Shown one piece after another: positions 13,681 to 27,000 of a DNA stretch of 64,000 nt (the first letter of the stretch is position 1; the number at the start of each line of letters is the position of its first letter). The notes under the pieces were generated by a model, which did no database searches, was not told the origin of the DNA, and saw only the letters and a list, made by a program, of their open reading frames with translations. The DNA comes from Octopus vulgaris (lineage: Eukaryota). Location: the NCBI GenBank assembly GCA_951406725.2, contig OX597829.1:20894001-20958000 (forward strand), in the 5' to 3' direction. The translations under genes were made by a program, and so were the position numbers.

Positions 13681-14287
13681 ATTAGTTTGGTACAATTTAA
13701 GTCTTAAATTGCATGACAAGTCACTAATATTTCATCTGTGTATTTCAATTTCTGTATTGTAATTGTTTCCCTTGGTATGAAATTAGGATTTAAACTATTT
13801 CACAAAAGAAATGTAGAAAACGAAACAAAACAGGAAATATTCAGTTATAACATTTTGCAGGTCTCATTAACATAAGGTGATTTTTAGCTACAAAATGCAA
13901 ACTACATAATCAAGACAGTCAAATCATCAGAGATGTGTAACATTATTGAATTGAAAAGATGACAGAATTCACCAGGGAAATACTTTATGTTTGGTATAAG
14001 ATGGGGGAAAACTAACATGCAACAGAATAAAAGTTTACAGAATTTCTATCTTAGATTAGGAAGTTTATAGTGTCCTTTAAAACAAATATAAACAAAAAAT
14101 TTGAATTTGGGCAGTTTCAAGGCTTTACAGGACTGGGAAATACATGTGCTACCACTAACAGGCGGATTCAAGATGTACAGGATATTAAGTATTAAAAGAA
14201 TGAGGGTGAGGAAATGCTCATATAAACAGATTTAAACTATTTCACTTCCCGTAATTCACTAAAATAAATGAAAATTTTTGAACATAC

Positions 14288-14369
14288 ATCAAGTGCCATT
14301 TTCATAATTGCATCAACGCTTTTATTTCCATTTTCAAGATACTCTGCAATTCCCGTTTCGGTAAGATGC
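14288..14369 (-). CDS. TDRD3: TDRD3 coding exon 2 (HLTETGIAEYLENGNKSVDAIMKMALD)
   Basis: ttttag acceptor, GTATGT donor, 82 nt, phases 2/0; resembles WYLSDEGIE...IILIALN of vertebrate TDRD3. Confidence 0.88.
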
Positions 14370-14869
14370 CTAAAATACAGAAGACAGATATAACATTAAA
14401 GCAAAAATCAAGTCATATCTACATAAAAATTACACATTGTATTTGAAACACTGCTACTTCAGCTTTTTATAAAAATGATACTAGTGCATTTTTTTATTTA
14501 ATCCTTTAGCATTTAAACTGGTCGTATCTGGTCCAAATGTTCTATCTGTTTTAAATTCAAATTTGCCAGATCTGGCCTCTTACACTTACCCTACAATGTT
14601 ATTCTAAACATTAAAATCTCAAAAGCTAAAGATAATGCACAATTAATTCAAAACAATATTAAACATCAAAATCAGAACCGTTTTTTTAAGAGTGAACTAG
14701 ATGTCATTTTCAGTTCAACAAATTTCTGTACTGTGTTTTTTTTTTAATAACAAACCATATAATGAACAAATAAAAAAAGTTGGTAAATTAAGAACTTATT
14801 TTCAATTTCATAAAAATTAATATAATTTCTAAATTAACAATTAGTATTGATTCCTTGATCCCATGCTGA

Positions 14870-15625
14870 TACTAATTCTTGTTCTTCAAGATAAAGAAAT
14901 CCTTCACTGAAGCTTTCATTTCCTCTTAGTTGATGAAATGTTGCAAGCACAGAAAGTGAGCCATGGATCAGAACAAGTAATAATTCAAGGGAGCTAGGTC
15001 CAGACTATATGCTGGTTGTGGCATCAGTTTGATTTCTTCAAGTTCCTGGAATTTCTTCTGGGTTCTTGGAATGGCATGAGGTCTTGCATTGTCTTAGAAG
15101 AGCTAACTTTCAGTTAACCAATGCTGGGTATTTTTGCCACAGAATGGCATACATCTATGAGATACTGAGCTCATCTGATACTCACCAAGTGCTACTGACC
15201 AGAATTGCCTCTATGGCTTGGAGCACTGCTTCAAAGTCCATGATTTCAAGCCAACATGACTATGCCTGACTGTCAAGGCTCTTGCTACCCGAGCAAAGGT
15301 TTTTGAACCATCTGGTTACTGTACTGTGATTGACTGTGCCTTCATCTTACCTTATGCACAATAAATGGTTATTGGTTGCTTCCATGTCATTATGGCCCAG
15401 TTTGAACTCATAAAGCATAAGTTCCTAAATTAGCTACATTGCACATTCATCTGAGTGGCTTTCAAATCACATACGGAGTGAAGCAATGCACGTGTCAACA
15501 ACACCAACTACCACGATACCTCAGTCTTAGTGGGTGCCTTTCACAACTTGAACTTCTTCAGTCATGCGATATACATGCTGCAAGCTAGCAAGTATACAAA
15601 TATTGCAAAATGTTTGACTCACCTC
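14870..15625 (-). mobile_element. Highly decayed mariner-like remnant
   Basis: The minus strand reads EEMKASVKDFF near the 3' end plus other weak mariner-like stretches; no intact ORF. Confidence 0.4.
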
Positions 15626-15664
15626 AATAATATACAAATATATGTGAATGTGAATAAATATAAG

Positions 15665-15990
15665 TGAAGGCGCATGGCTCAGTGGTTAGAGCATTGGGCT
15701 CAGTCATGAGGTAGTGAGTTTGATTCCCCAACCAGGTTATGTGTTGTGCTCTTGAGCAAGACACTTTATTTTATGTTGCTTCAGTTCACTCAGCTGTAGA
15801 AATGAGTTGTGATATCACTGGTGCCAAGCGGTATCGGCCTTTGCCTTTCTCTTGGATAACGTCAGTGGCATGGAGAGGGAGGCTGGTATGCATGGATGAT
15901 TGCTGTTCTTCAATAAACAACCTTGCCCAGACTTGTGCCTTGGAGTGGAACTTTCTAGGTGCAATCCCATGGTCATTCATGACCAAAGAG
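15665..15990 (+). mobile_element. tRNA-derived SINE, family B (gaaggcgcatggctcagtggttagagc head)
   Basis: Pol III A-box TGGCTCAGTGG and B-box-like GTTTGATTCC; related copies at 31058-31710 (interrupted), 39377-39640(-), 45178-45500 and 58290-58690(-). Confidence 0.8.
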
Positions 15991-16332
15991 AATCTTTACC
16001 TTCATATTTGAATGGGAATGTGTGTACATGTTTCACCAAAATACTGTAATAATTACATAACAGTTGAGACATTACATAATCTTGCACTCCACCTCATCAG
16101 TGTTCTTCAATAAATACACTGACATGCTGAAAGATCCAAAAATATACACATTCCCCATTATGCAACTTAAATTTATATTCCACACAATACGTGGTACGGA
16201 AAAAAAAAAAACCAAACCCTACCCTGGATGTATCAAGTAATATCCTTCTCAAACCTAGATAGGTATAACCAAAGAAAAAAAAATTATAACAAGAACAAGA
16301 TCACTGACCATACTGACATCAGAAGTCATTAA

Positions 16333-17911
16333 CTCTTTTGTTATCAACCTGCCTGAAGCCACCTGAGAATTTTTTTACTTTATGTTACAAACCAAAAGCA
16401 CCCAAAATAACCTTTTTGTATTTAAATGAAAATTTCAGTGCAAATCTCAGTAATAGTCATGAAAACACATGACTTAACTACATAAACAATTGAGTTACAA
16501 TATCCAACATTGTTTGAAGTGATATCTGAGCTTTGTGAATTTTTGGAGGGGTGTTTTTTTGTGTTTTTTACCTCTCTACATTTTAGATTTTCTGAAAACT
16601 TACAATACTGATGAAAAATGGATACCAGTTTCATGTTGTCTAGCAGTGAATCAGGATTTGAAAGATTTTCAACAGAAGAGATGGAAAAATCAAGCAAAAT
16701 ATATGGTGAACACAAAAGCTGTGTGATAGTGAAACCAGTGATTCTGATGACAACTCCAATTGTGACAAAGAAAATTAATTTGCACATGAATGGAGCAAAA
16801 GTTAGGAATCTGTTTTGTTTTGTTTTTTTAATGATTTTTCATAAATGACTGGACCTAGTCACAGTCTTTCTCAGGAAACAAAACCATTAAACTATTCTAA
16901 AAAAATGTTTTTTCTCTTAGTTTGTTCAAAACAATTGCTGTGGAAATAAATTGCTATGCAAAATATAAACAAAGAGATAAAAAAAGATACCTTGTGATCA
17001 CCAACATACTTAAACAAAATCTAACCACTTTTGTGATTAATACTATTATGGGTATAAGAAAGCTACTCAGAATTATGAAGTACTGAAATAACAATGAACC
17101 ATTTGGAGACCAGTATGTTTCCAGTATTATAATAAGGACTGAGGTTTTAAAATTATCAATGGATCTACATGTAAGTGACATTAGTAATACAGACAAATAG
17201 TGCTTGGAGCACTAGCCAAAACAGACAAATAGTGCCTGGAGCAGCCCTTCAGCTTACCAGCTCCTGTCAAACCATCCAACCCATGCCAGCATGGAGAATG
17301 GACATTAAATGATGATGATGATGATGATTACTAGTCACTCTGAGACAAAAATTATGCAATACACTTGGCTAAAAACCTATTGTTAAATTGTGTTCCAAAA
17401 ATCACATTAATATTCTTTTACTTGTGTCAGTCATTTGACCCTGGCCATGCTAGAGCACTGTTTTGAAGAGTTTTAGTCAAACAAATCGACCCCAGAACTT
17501 ATTTCATTAAAGCTTAGCACTTGTTCTATTGGTTACTTTTGCTGAACCACTAAGTTATGGGGATGTAAACACACCAACACCAGTTGTTAAGTGGTGAGGG
17601 AGGAGTCAAATACAGACACAGTGACACACATAGATATATATATATATGACAGGCTTCTTTTGAGTTTCCATCTACTAAATCCACTCACAAAGCTTTGGTC
17701 GACCCAAGGCTATAGTAGAAGATAGTTGTCCAAGGTGCCACACAATGGGACTAAACCTGGAACCATGTGGTTGGGAAGCAAGCTTCTTACCATACAGCCA
17801 TGCCTGATACATACATATACATGTTTTCTAAGAAAATTTGTTTAAATTACATTAAATATAATTGAAACACATATGGGGTATATTTTGGTTAGAAATATAG
17901 TAACAAAAGGG
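16333..17911 (+). mobile_element. piggyBac-like non-autonomous remnant with nested RTE tail and SINE
   Basis: Ends (ttaa-ctcttttgttatc ... gtaacaaaaggg) resemble the TIRs of the MITE at 45648-45861; acidic peptide SSSESGFERFS resembles piggyBac N-termini. Confidence 0.45.
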
Positions 17912-18096
17912 TGTAAGCTCACATTATAAATCAGGGTATGGCCAGAAGGACAAGCTTTTTTAGACCTACGAAAGACCAATATTAACACATACACAAACAT
18001 ATACAGACATACACAAACTATCTATCCATCTACCAGTATACATATATATTAAAAATATATCAACATACATATGTGTGTATGTATATATATATATAT

Positions 18097-19164
18097 ATAA
18101 ATGGAGTTAAACACAGGTGTTATTCAAATTCTTTTACTTCCGAAACACGTTTTGAAGATGTCATTGGTATTATTTCAAAGGAATAAAATAGTGTAAAACA
18201 ATGTAATCTTCTCTTCAGGGAAACTCGTCAATTAGACATTTTAACAGAATATGATGGATATGTATAGTGATGAACTGAATGCTATGAAGTTTATTTTTTT
18301 AAATGCTAGAGGATATAACGTCAAAGGTAGCCTATAGAAAGAGGGGTAAAGGAAAGAAAAATATCAGAAACCAAATAAATGAGAAGTATAGAATGATAGG
18401 TAAATTAAATAAAACCCTAAAGTCTTGGAACAAGAAATATCTATTAGAAGTGAAATGCAAGAAGAAAATCAATGTTTAAATTATATATAATGGTAGATAT
18501 CACTTATATGAACTAAAGATGTGTTTCTGCCAATGTTTACATTGGTAAGCACACTCTATAACCATATTTACAAAGGGATTTTTAGAAGAAAGAATAAAAA
18601 TTACAGAGAAGACAGAATTTCTTGCCTTTATCATAAGGGAACAAAATGGAGAGAATCAACCAATCTAAATTAAATTGTTTATTATGGTCTTTTAGATACC
18701 AAATTAATTTACTAAGCCCTGTAATGTTACATTTATCCCTGTTCCTAAATGTAGAGTAATGATTGGAAATTCTTTTAGATAACTGAGAAGAAGAACTACC
18801 TGTATAAAAAAAGACATCGGTACCTGAAGTAATTTTACACTAGTACATAGAGTTTTTAATTTTAGAATTACTTGACATAAACTAAATTCTATTGGAATTG
18901 ACTTCAAAGACAATAACCTTGTTATTAATATTTCTAGGGGGAAGGATGGTATTAGCTAAATTATAGTGTTCAGTCCATCACTATACATATCCATCTTATT
19001 CTGTTAAAATGTCTTATTGACAAGTTTTATTTCTTCATTTCCCTGAAGAAAAGATTACATTGTTTTACACCATTTTATTCCTTTGGAATAATACCAATGA
19101 CATCTTCGAAACATGTGTCAGAAGTAAAAGAATTTGAATAACACCTACGTTTAACTCCATTTAT
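18097..19164 (-). mobile_element. 5'-truncated Penelope-like element: decayed GIY-YIG endonuclease between inverted ~190-200 bp repeats carrying hammerhead cores
   Basis: Minus strand about 18860-18600 reads KNSMY*CKITSGTDVFFYTGSSSSQLSKRISNHYSTF...TGLSKLIWYLKD...DWLILS...PYDKGKKFCLLCN. Arms 18097-18285 and 18963-19164 are reverse complements. Confidence 0.8.
19039..19123 (+). ncRNA. Type I hammerhead ribozyme motif (minimal stem III)
   Basis: CTGAAGA 19043-19049, stem II aagat/atctt, GAAAC 19108-19112, atgt, GTC 19117-19119. Stem I is ttcc/agaa here and ttcc/ggaa in the other arm. Confidence 0.6.
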
Positions 19165-19327
19165 TTATATATATTATACAAAATATTTCACATCAACCCG
19201 GAGTTTCTACCTTTAAAAACAAGGTGTTAAGCCCTTTTTACTTGTATGATTTTTTGCTACCCTGGTAACTGTTTATCTATTCTTTCCATGTTAATTGTAA
19301 ACAAAGGGGAAAATACACACATCTATT

Positions 19328-19358
<31 letters not shown>

Positions 19359-19409
19359 ACACTCACATAATATGTAACATATATAACAATATACTTAGCA
19401 ATCCTTCTA

Positions 19410-20520
19410 CATTAATCTTCTCCCCGCTATTCTATCAATTTGTCACTCACAAATTTTCTCCCCTTTAGCTGCAGGTGCATTTTGTCACCTTAAAAAGGGT
19501 GTTTAAAATTGACACATTGCTAAGTTTATTTCCCGTACTTTAAGCAGTAAACTGGCTATTTGATTCAGAACTTGTTTCCTGATGCTATTTTCATTGTTTA
19601 TATACTAACCACAAGGTAATCAAGCTTTTAAACCAATTGCAGTTTCTTTTGACTTTTTAAGGAATGAAAATGGCCGCCTCTGCATTTGAAACTTTTCTGG
19701 AAGAAATCTTGTTAAATTCCAACTCAGATGACAATTTTGAAGGATTTACTCAGGCAGATATCAATGGTAAAATTATTCAACATAATGATGAGGACATAGA
19801 CTGTGCTTACAGCCATATTGAGAAAATGTACCAAGTGAATACTATCACCTATGGCTGGCTGATTTAAGGAAAATACTGACCCCAAAGAGGTACATTTCTG
19901 AGGAGCATTTCATACGCCTATTCCTTAATGCATTACATGAAAATATTATTCATTCATTTCTTTATTAATATACAAAGTATCAAGACTGTACACACAATAC
20001 AACAAAAGTTACAATTTTAAAACAGGTGCTCATGTCTTTTGTTCCCTCAAAAATAATGCAGTGACAGGAGAAACTATTCTTGGGGTAAATCAGTGTGCTA
20101 TAGGTTAAATAGTGAATAAATCTTACAACCATAGAAAGTGGTCCCTTTATTCCTTGGTGATCATTGCTTAGAAAAAACATTGTCTATGTTTTGTATATGC
20201 ACTTAGTAAAGTGCATGTATATATTCGTGCTACATCTAACTAATTTAAATCTAGATTGTACAACCACAAAAATAGCTTCAGAATTAGAAATAAGATTTCA
20301 TATAATTAGCCAAAATTCCTATGGATGGCTGTTGATGAAGATATGCCTATGAAATTGCTTGGTAAATTATACACACACAGTGCAACTTTATAAGGATGGA
20401 AATGATAAATGTAATTTGTGCATGTCTGAAATCTATGAATTAAGTATAAATTGAATCTCGCTAACCAACGTGATGAGATAATTATTAAAAGTCCACTTAT
20501 TTTTATTTTTCTACTTTTAC
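19410..20520 (+). mobile_element. Possible decayed piggyBac-like remnant
   Basis: ORF 19664-19867 (LEEILLNSNSDDNFEGF) resembles acidic piggyBac transposase N-termini; termini not established. Confidence 0.25.
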
Positions 20521-20774
20521 TTACTTATTTTATTCATTTTTCCCTCATACTCAGCTATGATTTCCAAACTGAAATGCAATCATAGCTACTATATCTCTTA
20601 GATCATAAATTTAATGCACTTACCATCTTAATTTGTGTGATTACCAATTCTATTATAGTACCACATTTATTAGTAACCTTACCACTAACTTCATCATATT
20701 TGTTAACTACTTAATTATCTAATATCTACTTGTTTAATACTTGAGTATCTAAATAATAGAGGTCATATAGCCTA

Positions 20775-21860
20775 ACCTAGAGAAGAAATTTCAAGTGTGG
20801 AAACAAGGCCTGGAATCTAAGGGCCTTAGAGTTAATTCAACAAATATCCAAAGTACAAGTAGGCAAACAGACAAACCACAAGTCCCTTCTGGGAGATGGC
20901 CCTCTCAATACATAAGAAGAGTGCTGATAAAAACTCCATATGTTGTATCCAGTGCAAGCTTTGGAAGTGGTATAGTGGTATCATAGGAAGGTTAACAGAG
21001 AAATTATCATGTATATGGCAAATGTGCAGGTACAATAAGCACTAAAAATGTGCAGGCAATAGACTCCCACAAATGCTTGTGGGGATCATTAGAAGTGGTA
21101 GAGAACTTCTATTACCTAGGAGACAAAGTTAGCAGTGGTGGAGGAAGCTCTGAAAGTATAGAACAGGATGGGCAAAGTTCAGAGAGCTTCTACCTTTATT
21201 GGTAACTAAGAGCCTTTCCCTCAGAGTGAAAGGCAGATTGTATGATGCCTGTGTATGACAGTAAAACATGGGCTTTGACTACAGAGGACTTGCAAAGGCT
21301 TAAAAGAAATGAAGTTAGCATGCTCCTCTAGATGGGTAGTATTGGTGTCCAAGCATGACAGAGTGTAAAATGATTTAAGAGGAAAAATGGGTACAGGAGA
21401 CATCAGATGTTGTGTGCAGGAGAGAAGACTGTGCTGGTTTGGTCATATGATGCATATGGATGAGGGCAGCTGTGTAAAGAAGCGCTGATCTCTAATTGTA
21501 GAGGGTACCTGTGGAAGGGATAGACCCAAGAAGATGTGGGATGAAGTGGTGAGAAAGTATTTTTGGACACTGGACCTCCCTGAGGAAATGACAAGGGGCC
21601 GAGAAATGTAGTGATTTGCTGTACTTCATAAGATATGTCAAGTTAAGTAAAATCGTTGCCTTCCACACATACAGATTTGTCCTTTCAGGTGCGGTGCGAC
21701 TTAAAAACCACCTGTGCTGGTGCTGCATTAACATGCCTGTGCGGGTATTGCATGAATGCACCCATGCCAGTGGCATATAAAAAGCATCCAGCACACTGTT
21801 AAGTGGTTGGTGTTAGGAAGGGCATCCAGCCATAGAAACCATGCCACAAAAGGCAGCTGT
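20775..21860 (+). mobile_element. Older RTE-type LINE 3' fragment
   Basis: WKQGLESKGLRVN and the downstream sequence are homologous to 10600-11880. Confidence 0.85.
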
Positions 21861-21999
21861 AACCTGGACAGCTCCCCGCCAGCCACTAGCATTGTTTCTT
21901 ATAAAAAATATGCATGCATGCATGTAAGGATGCACCTATGGAGAATATTTGTTACCAGTTACCTAGATGCACCTAGGGAGAACATTTATTTTCAGTTGT

Positions 22000-22555
22000 C
22001 TAGATTACTTCACAAGACAAAGTGTCAAACTGACAGCAGAACTCAAGGCAAACCAATGCCACTACACAAAGAAGATTGACTTGGTGCAACAGATGAACTA
22101 CTGGAGAAGACAAAAAAATTGAGACTCTACTCCTTATAGACAAGACAATAAAAGATATTAGGTGATATATGTAAGATCCTGGAAGGACTAGCTCCTAACG
22201 TTGGGATTGCAAACTATACCAACCACGAAAACAGGATGCCACTGCATTATACAAAAGATCCTGTACTCTCCATCTAGAGTACTGTAACAGTTTAGGTTTC
22301 AAAGGCCTGTAACTTTTCAATACCCCACCAGTCAAACTTAGTGATCTAAGATGTGTAAATGTGGAAGTCTTCAAAGAATGTTCAAGCAAATCTTTATCTG
22401 AGGTACCGGATAAACCCACATTGCAGCAGAAACACAATGAAGAGTAGCTCTGTCCACCTCGCTATCTCACTGGAAACAGTTCCAGAGACAAAGCTGAGAA
22501 GTTAGCATGAAATAAAAACCAATAACATTATATGCAATGCCCCAGCATGGTCAGT
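22000..22555 (+). mobile_element. Decayed CR1-like LINE 3' fragment
   Basis: ttgagactctactcctta...gataaacccac resembles the 3' part of 28240-29790. Confidence 0.5.
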
Positions 22556-22939
22556 GATTCTGGATGAGATAAGTAAAAGTGTATGTGCGCATACACACAC
22601 ATAAATACATAAATATACGTGTGTGTATGTACATATATATATATGTGTATATATATGTATATATATATATATATATTAGCTGGTGTACCTGGTAATTCCC
22701 GGGGGCTAAAGATGTTCTATTGAAATGCCTTATTACTCTGATATACGAAAGCAATTTCATTATAACTGCCACAAAAAGGTGTATTTTCTGTCACACAAAA
22801 GTACAAAAATCTGTCAGCTAGAGGAGGGAGAAATTGTTGGAGGTTGGCAAGAGGCAAAGACATTATTCTGCTTAGCAAAGGCATCTGGGAAATGTATAAC
22901 TGCTGTCATTCACAGAAAAACTATTGTTTTACCGTGAGA

Positions 22940-23880
22940 AAAACACTGTTGAAATGTTAAGGGAAATTTGGCAATCAAGGATTGAATCCATGCTAAGCCT
23001 GCATGAAGCCACTACAAATACATTGTACACAAACACTACTGCCACAGTTATATCTCCTGATGGAGAGACTGATTTCTTTGAAGTTGAATAAAGCGTTCTG
23101 CAGGGTAACACACTCACTCCTTTTTTTATCATTATTGCTCTCGACTATGTTCTACGCATTTTCCTAGATGGTATAGAAGAAAAGGGACTCCTTTTAAAAC
23201 CCTGCCAAAGCAGTCAGCATTGTGTACAATATTTAACTGATCTTGCCTTGATATCCCATTGTATTAAAAATGCAGAATCATTGTTACAAGCATTGGAGAA
23301 AGCAGCAAACCAGGTTGGCCTTTACTGCAATGAGAGTAAGACAGAGTTTATCACAACCCCATCCAAGTTAACTGAACTTAAATTGCTCAATAATATATCA
23401 ATCAAAAACGTTGACGACTTCAAATATCTTGGATCACACATAGTAGACTCCCAAAAAGACTTTCGCATCCGCAAAGCTCTTGCTTGAGATGCATGTAACA
23501 GACTTGATAAGCCCTGGCACTCAAACCTTCCACCCACATTAAAAGTTAAAATAGATCAGATACCTGGACCTTATCGGGCTCTCTTAGAAAAACAACTAGA
23601 TGAAACATATACCAACCTGCTCAGAAAGATATAGAACATCAGCTGGAGATCACACCCAACACTTAGAAACATCTATGGAAATCTGATACCAATATCCCTC
23701 AAGCTAAAGCAAAAATGGCTACAATTTGCTGGCCACTGTCATTGAGCAAAGGAAGAGGTTACCTCATCCCTGCTCCTATAGCATCCCTCTGGAAGTGTTT
23801 TATCCAGGAAACTGACATTTCCAGATACTATATCTCGGGACTCAGGGTTGGATATTAGAGATCTGATCACAGCAATACCG
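22940..23880 (+). mobile_element. Decayed non-LTR RT fragment (RTE-like, different family)
   Basis: SVLQGNTLTPFFIIIALDYVLR and GLYCNESKTEFI...VDDFKYLGSHI. Confidence 0.7.
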
Positions 23881-23884
23881 GACC

Positions 23885-24045
23885 ATCATCATCATCATCA
23901 TCATCGTTTAACGTCCGTTTTCCATGCTAGCATGGGTTGGACGGTTCGACCGGGGATCTGGGAAGCCAGAAGGCTGCACCAGGCTCCAGTCTTATCTGGC
24001 AATGTTTCTACAGCTGGATGTCCTTCCTAACGCCAACCACTCCGT
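23885..24045 (-). mobile_element. Short RTE 3'-tail copy with (GAT)n
   Basis: Nearly identical to 33080-33240. Confidence 0.8.
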
Positions 24046-24076
24046 ATATATATATATATGTGTGTATATATATATA

Positions 24077-27000
24077 TCATCATCATTTAACACCCGCTTT
24101 CCATGCTAGCATAGGTTGGACGATTTGACGGAGGTCTGGCGAACCAGACTCCAATCTGATCTGGCAGAGTTTCAACAGTTAGATGCCCTTCCTAACGCCA
24201 ACCACTCTGAGAGTGTAGTGGGTGCTTTTACGTGCCACCAGTACGAGGGCCAGTTTGGTGGTACTGGCAACGGCCATGCCCAAATGGTGCTTTTTATGTG
24301 CTACCTGCACAAGAGCCAGTCCAACGGCACTGGCAACGACCTCGTTCGAATATTTCACATGCCATCAGCACAAGTGCTGGTAAGGCGACACGGTAATGAT
24401 CAAACTTGAATGGTGTGCTTAACGTGCCATCAGCACAGAGGCCAGCTTGTTGCTCTGGCAATGATCTCACTTGTATGGTACTCTTAGCACTCCATTAGCA
24501 ATTGATGCCAGTCACCGAATTTGATTTCGACTTTGATTTCACTTGCCTCAACTATTCTTCGCAAACAGAGTTTAGTGTCCAATGAAGAAAAGGTTACACT
24601 GGACTGGTTACACCCCTAGCATAGGCCACAAGGTTATGGTCACACTTGCGCTTGCCGGGTCTTCTGCAGCACAGCATATTTCCAGAGATCCCGGTCACTA
24701 GTCATTGCCTCGGTGAGGCCCAATGTTTGAAGGTCATGCTTCACCACCTCATCCCAGGTCTTCCTGGGTCTACCTCTTCCACAGGTTCCCTCAACTGCTA
24801 GGGTGTGGAACTTTTTCACACAGCTATCGACATCCATTCTCGCCACATGACCATCCCAGCGCAATTGTCTTTCTTGCACACCACATCTGATGCTTCTTAG
24901 GTCCAACCTTTCACTCAGGGCACTAACACTCTGTCGAGTATGCACACTGACATTACACATCCATCAGAGCATGCTGGCTTCATTCCCTGCAAGCTTACGC
25001 ATATCCTCAGCAGTCACGGCCCATGTTTCACTGCCATGTAGCATGGCTGTTCGTACACATGCGTCGTAGTCTACCTTTTACTCTGAGTGAGAGGCACTTT
25101 GTCACCAGCAGAGGTAAGAGCTCTCTGAACATAGCCCAGGCTATTCTTATTCTAGCAGCTACACTTTCAGTGCACCCTCCCCCGCTACTGACTTGGTCAC
25201 CTAGGTAACAGAAGCTATCAACTACGACTAGTTTTTCTCCCTGGAATGTAGCAGAAGTTGTTCTCTGGACATTTTCAGTGTTATTTATAGCGCCCAAGCA
25301 TCTGCCACATACGAAAACTATACTCCCAGTTAGCTTTCCTTTGATATTGCTGCACCTCTTATGTGTCCATAGCTTACATTGGGTACATCTTATGGAGTTT
25401 CTACCTACGCCTTTTCTACAGATCGAACAGGGCCATCAACCTGAAGGCGTTTGTGATTTGTCTACCTTCCTACTTATTAGGACTTTGGTTTTAGCTAGGT
25501 CCATTCAATTCTAATCCTTGTTTCCACAATTGAAACTTCTCTAGCTCTGTTAGTGACTCAGCAATTAGAGCAAGGTCATCAGCATAGAGGAGCTCCCAGG
25601 GGCATCCTGTCTTGAATTCCACCGTTATGATAAATAGGAGGGGGCTGAGGACTAAACCTTGGTGGACCCCTACCTCTACTCGGAATTCTTCACTGTACTC
25701 GTTGCCAAACCTCACCTTACTGACAGCGTCCCTGTACATGGCTTGCACGGCTCTCACTAACCATTCATCTATCCCTAGTTTCCTCATTGACCAACAGATA
25801 AGGGATCGGGGGACCCTGTTGAAGGCTTTCTCCATATCAACAAAAGCCAGGTACAGGGGCTTATCTTTAGCTAGGTATTTCTCCTGCAGCTGTCTAACCA
25901 AAAATATAGCATCATGGTGCTTTTCGCAGGCACGAAACCAAACTGCATCTCATCCAAACTGACTCTTTCCCTAATTAGTTGGGCTATGACCCTCTCCGCA
26001 ACCTTCATTACCTGATCTAACAGCTTGATACCTCTGTAATTATTTGTATCTAAAGCGTCACCTTTTCCTTTGTAGCAGTTGACTATAGTGCTGCTACACC
26101 AATCATTGGGTATGACTCCATGTATCACCTGGTTAACTATACTGATGACCAGGCTAATGCCGACACTGCCAGATATTTTGAGCATCGCTGCTGTAATTCC
26201 TGATGGGCTGGGGGCTTTCTCTGTCTTCATACTCTTAATTGCTTTAACTACCAAGGTACTGTCAACTCGGATAGCTGGTCCCTCTGTTGGGTTGACAATC
26301 GGCAGACTCTTTCTCCTATTCATTTTCTTTGTTCAGCAACCTTTTATAGTGGCGTCTCCAAACCTCTCTCCTTGCATCCTCATTTAGTGCAAGAGAACCA
26401 TCATCCATGCGGACACATTTCTCTCCTACAACATGACAATTCTCTCTCACACTGTCTTGCAACATGAAATATCTCAACTCTTTGGTCCTCATGGCACAGA
26501 ACATTGGCAAATTTCTTCTTACCTGCTTCCCCCTGGCTAAATAAACCTGTCTCCTAGCTTCTCTTTTGGCACTCTGATACGATTCCCAGCTACCACCATT
26601 CTTCCAGTCCTTCGAAGCCTGTCTCTTTTCTCTAATAGCCCTATCCACAACATTGTTCCACCATGTTATTTTGGGTTGAGAGGAGACTTTGCACCATCCA
26701 CAGATCTGGTCAGTGGCTCTCAGCAGGATGTCCCTTAGAAACCTCCAGTTGTCTTCTTTCAAGTAATATGGCCCTAAATCTCTGTCCATTCGCAGGATCT
26801 TTAAGCTTAAAGATCCTTCTCCATGTTGGTCATCTTCTGGTTGTCCTCTTATTCCTGATCCTAAAGTCACTAACTACCAGTCTATGTTGTGGGGTACATT
26901 CTTCGCCTGGGAAGGTTTTGGCATTTATAAGCAGCCATCTTTCCCTTTTCTTGGCAAGGATGTAGTCTATTTGGCTAGTATGTTGGCCTGATCAGTTGAT

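Noticed and set aside
15665-15740. tRNA gene
   Set aside because: A- and B-box-like motifs are present, but there is no complete cloverleaf and the sequence continues into a repeated SINE body; the same applies to the other SINE heads.
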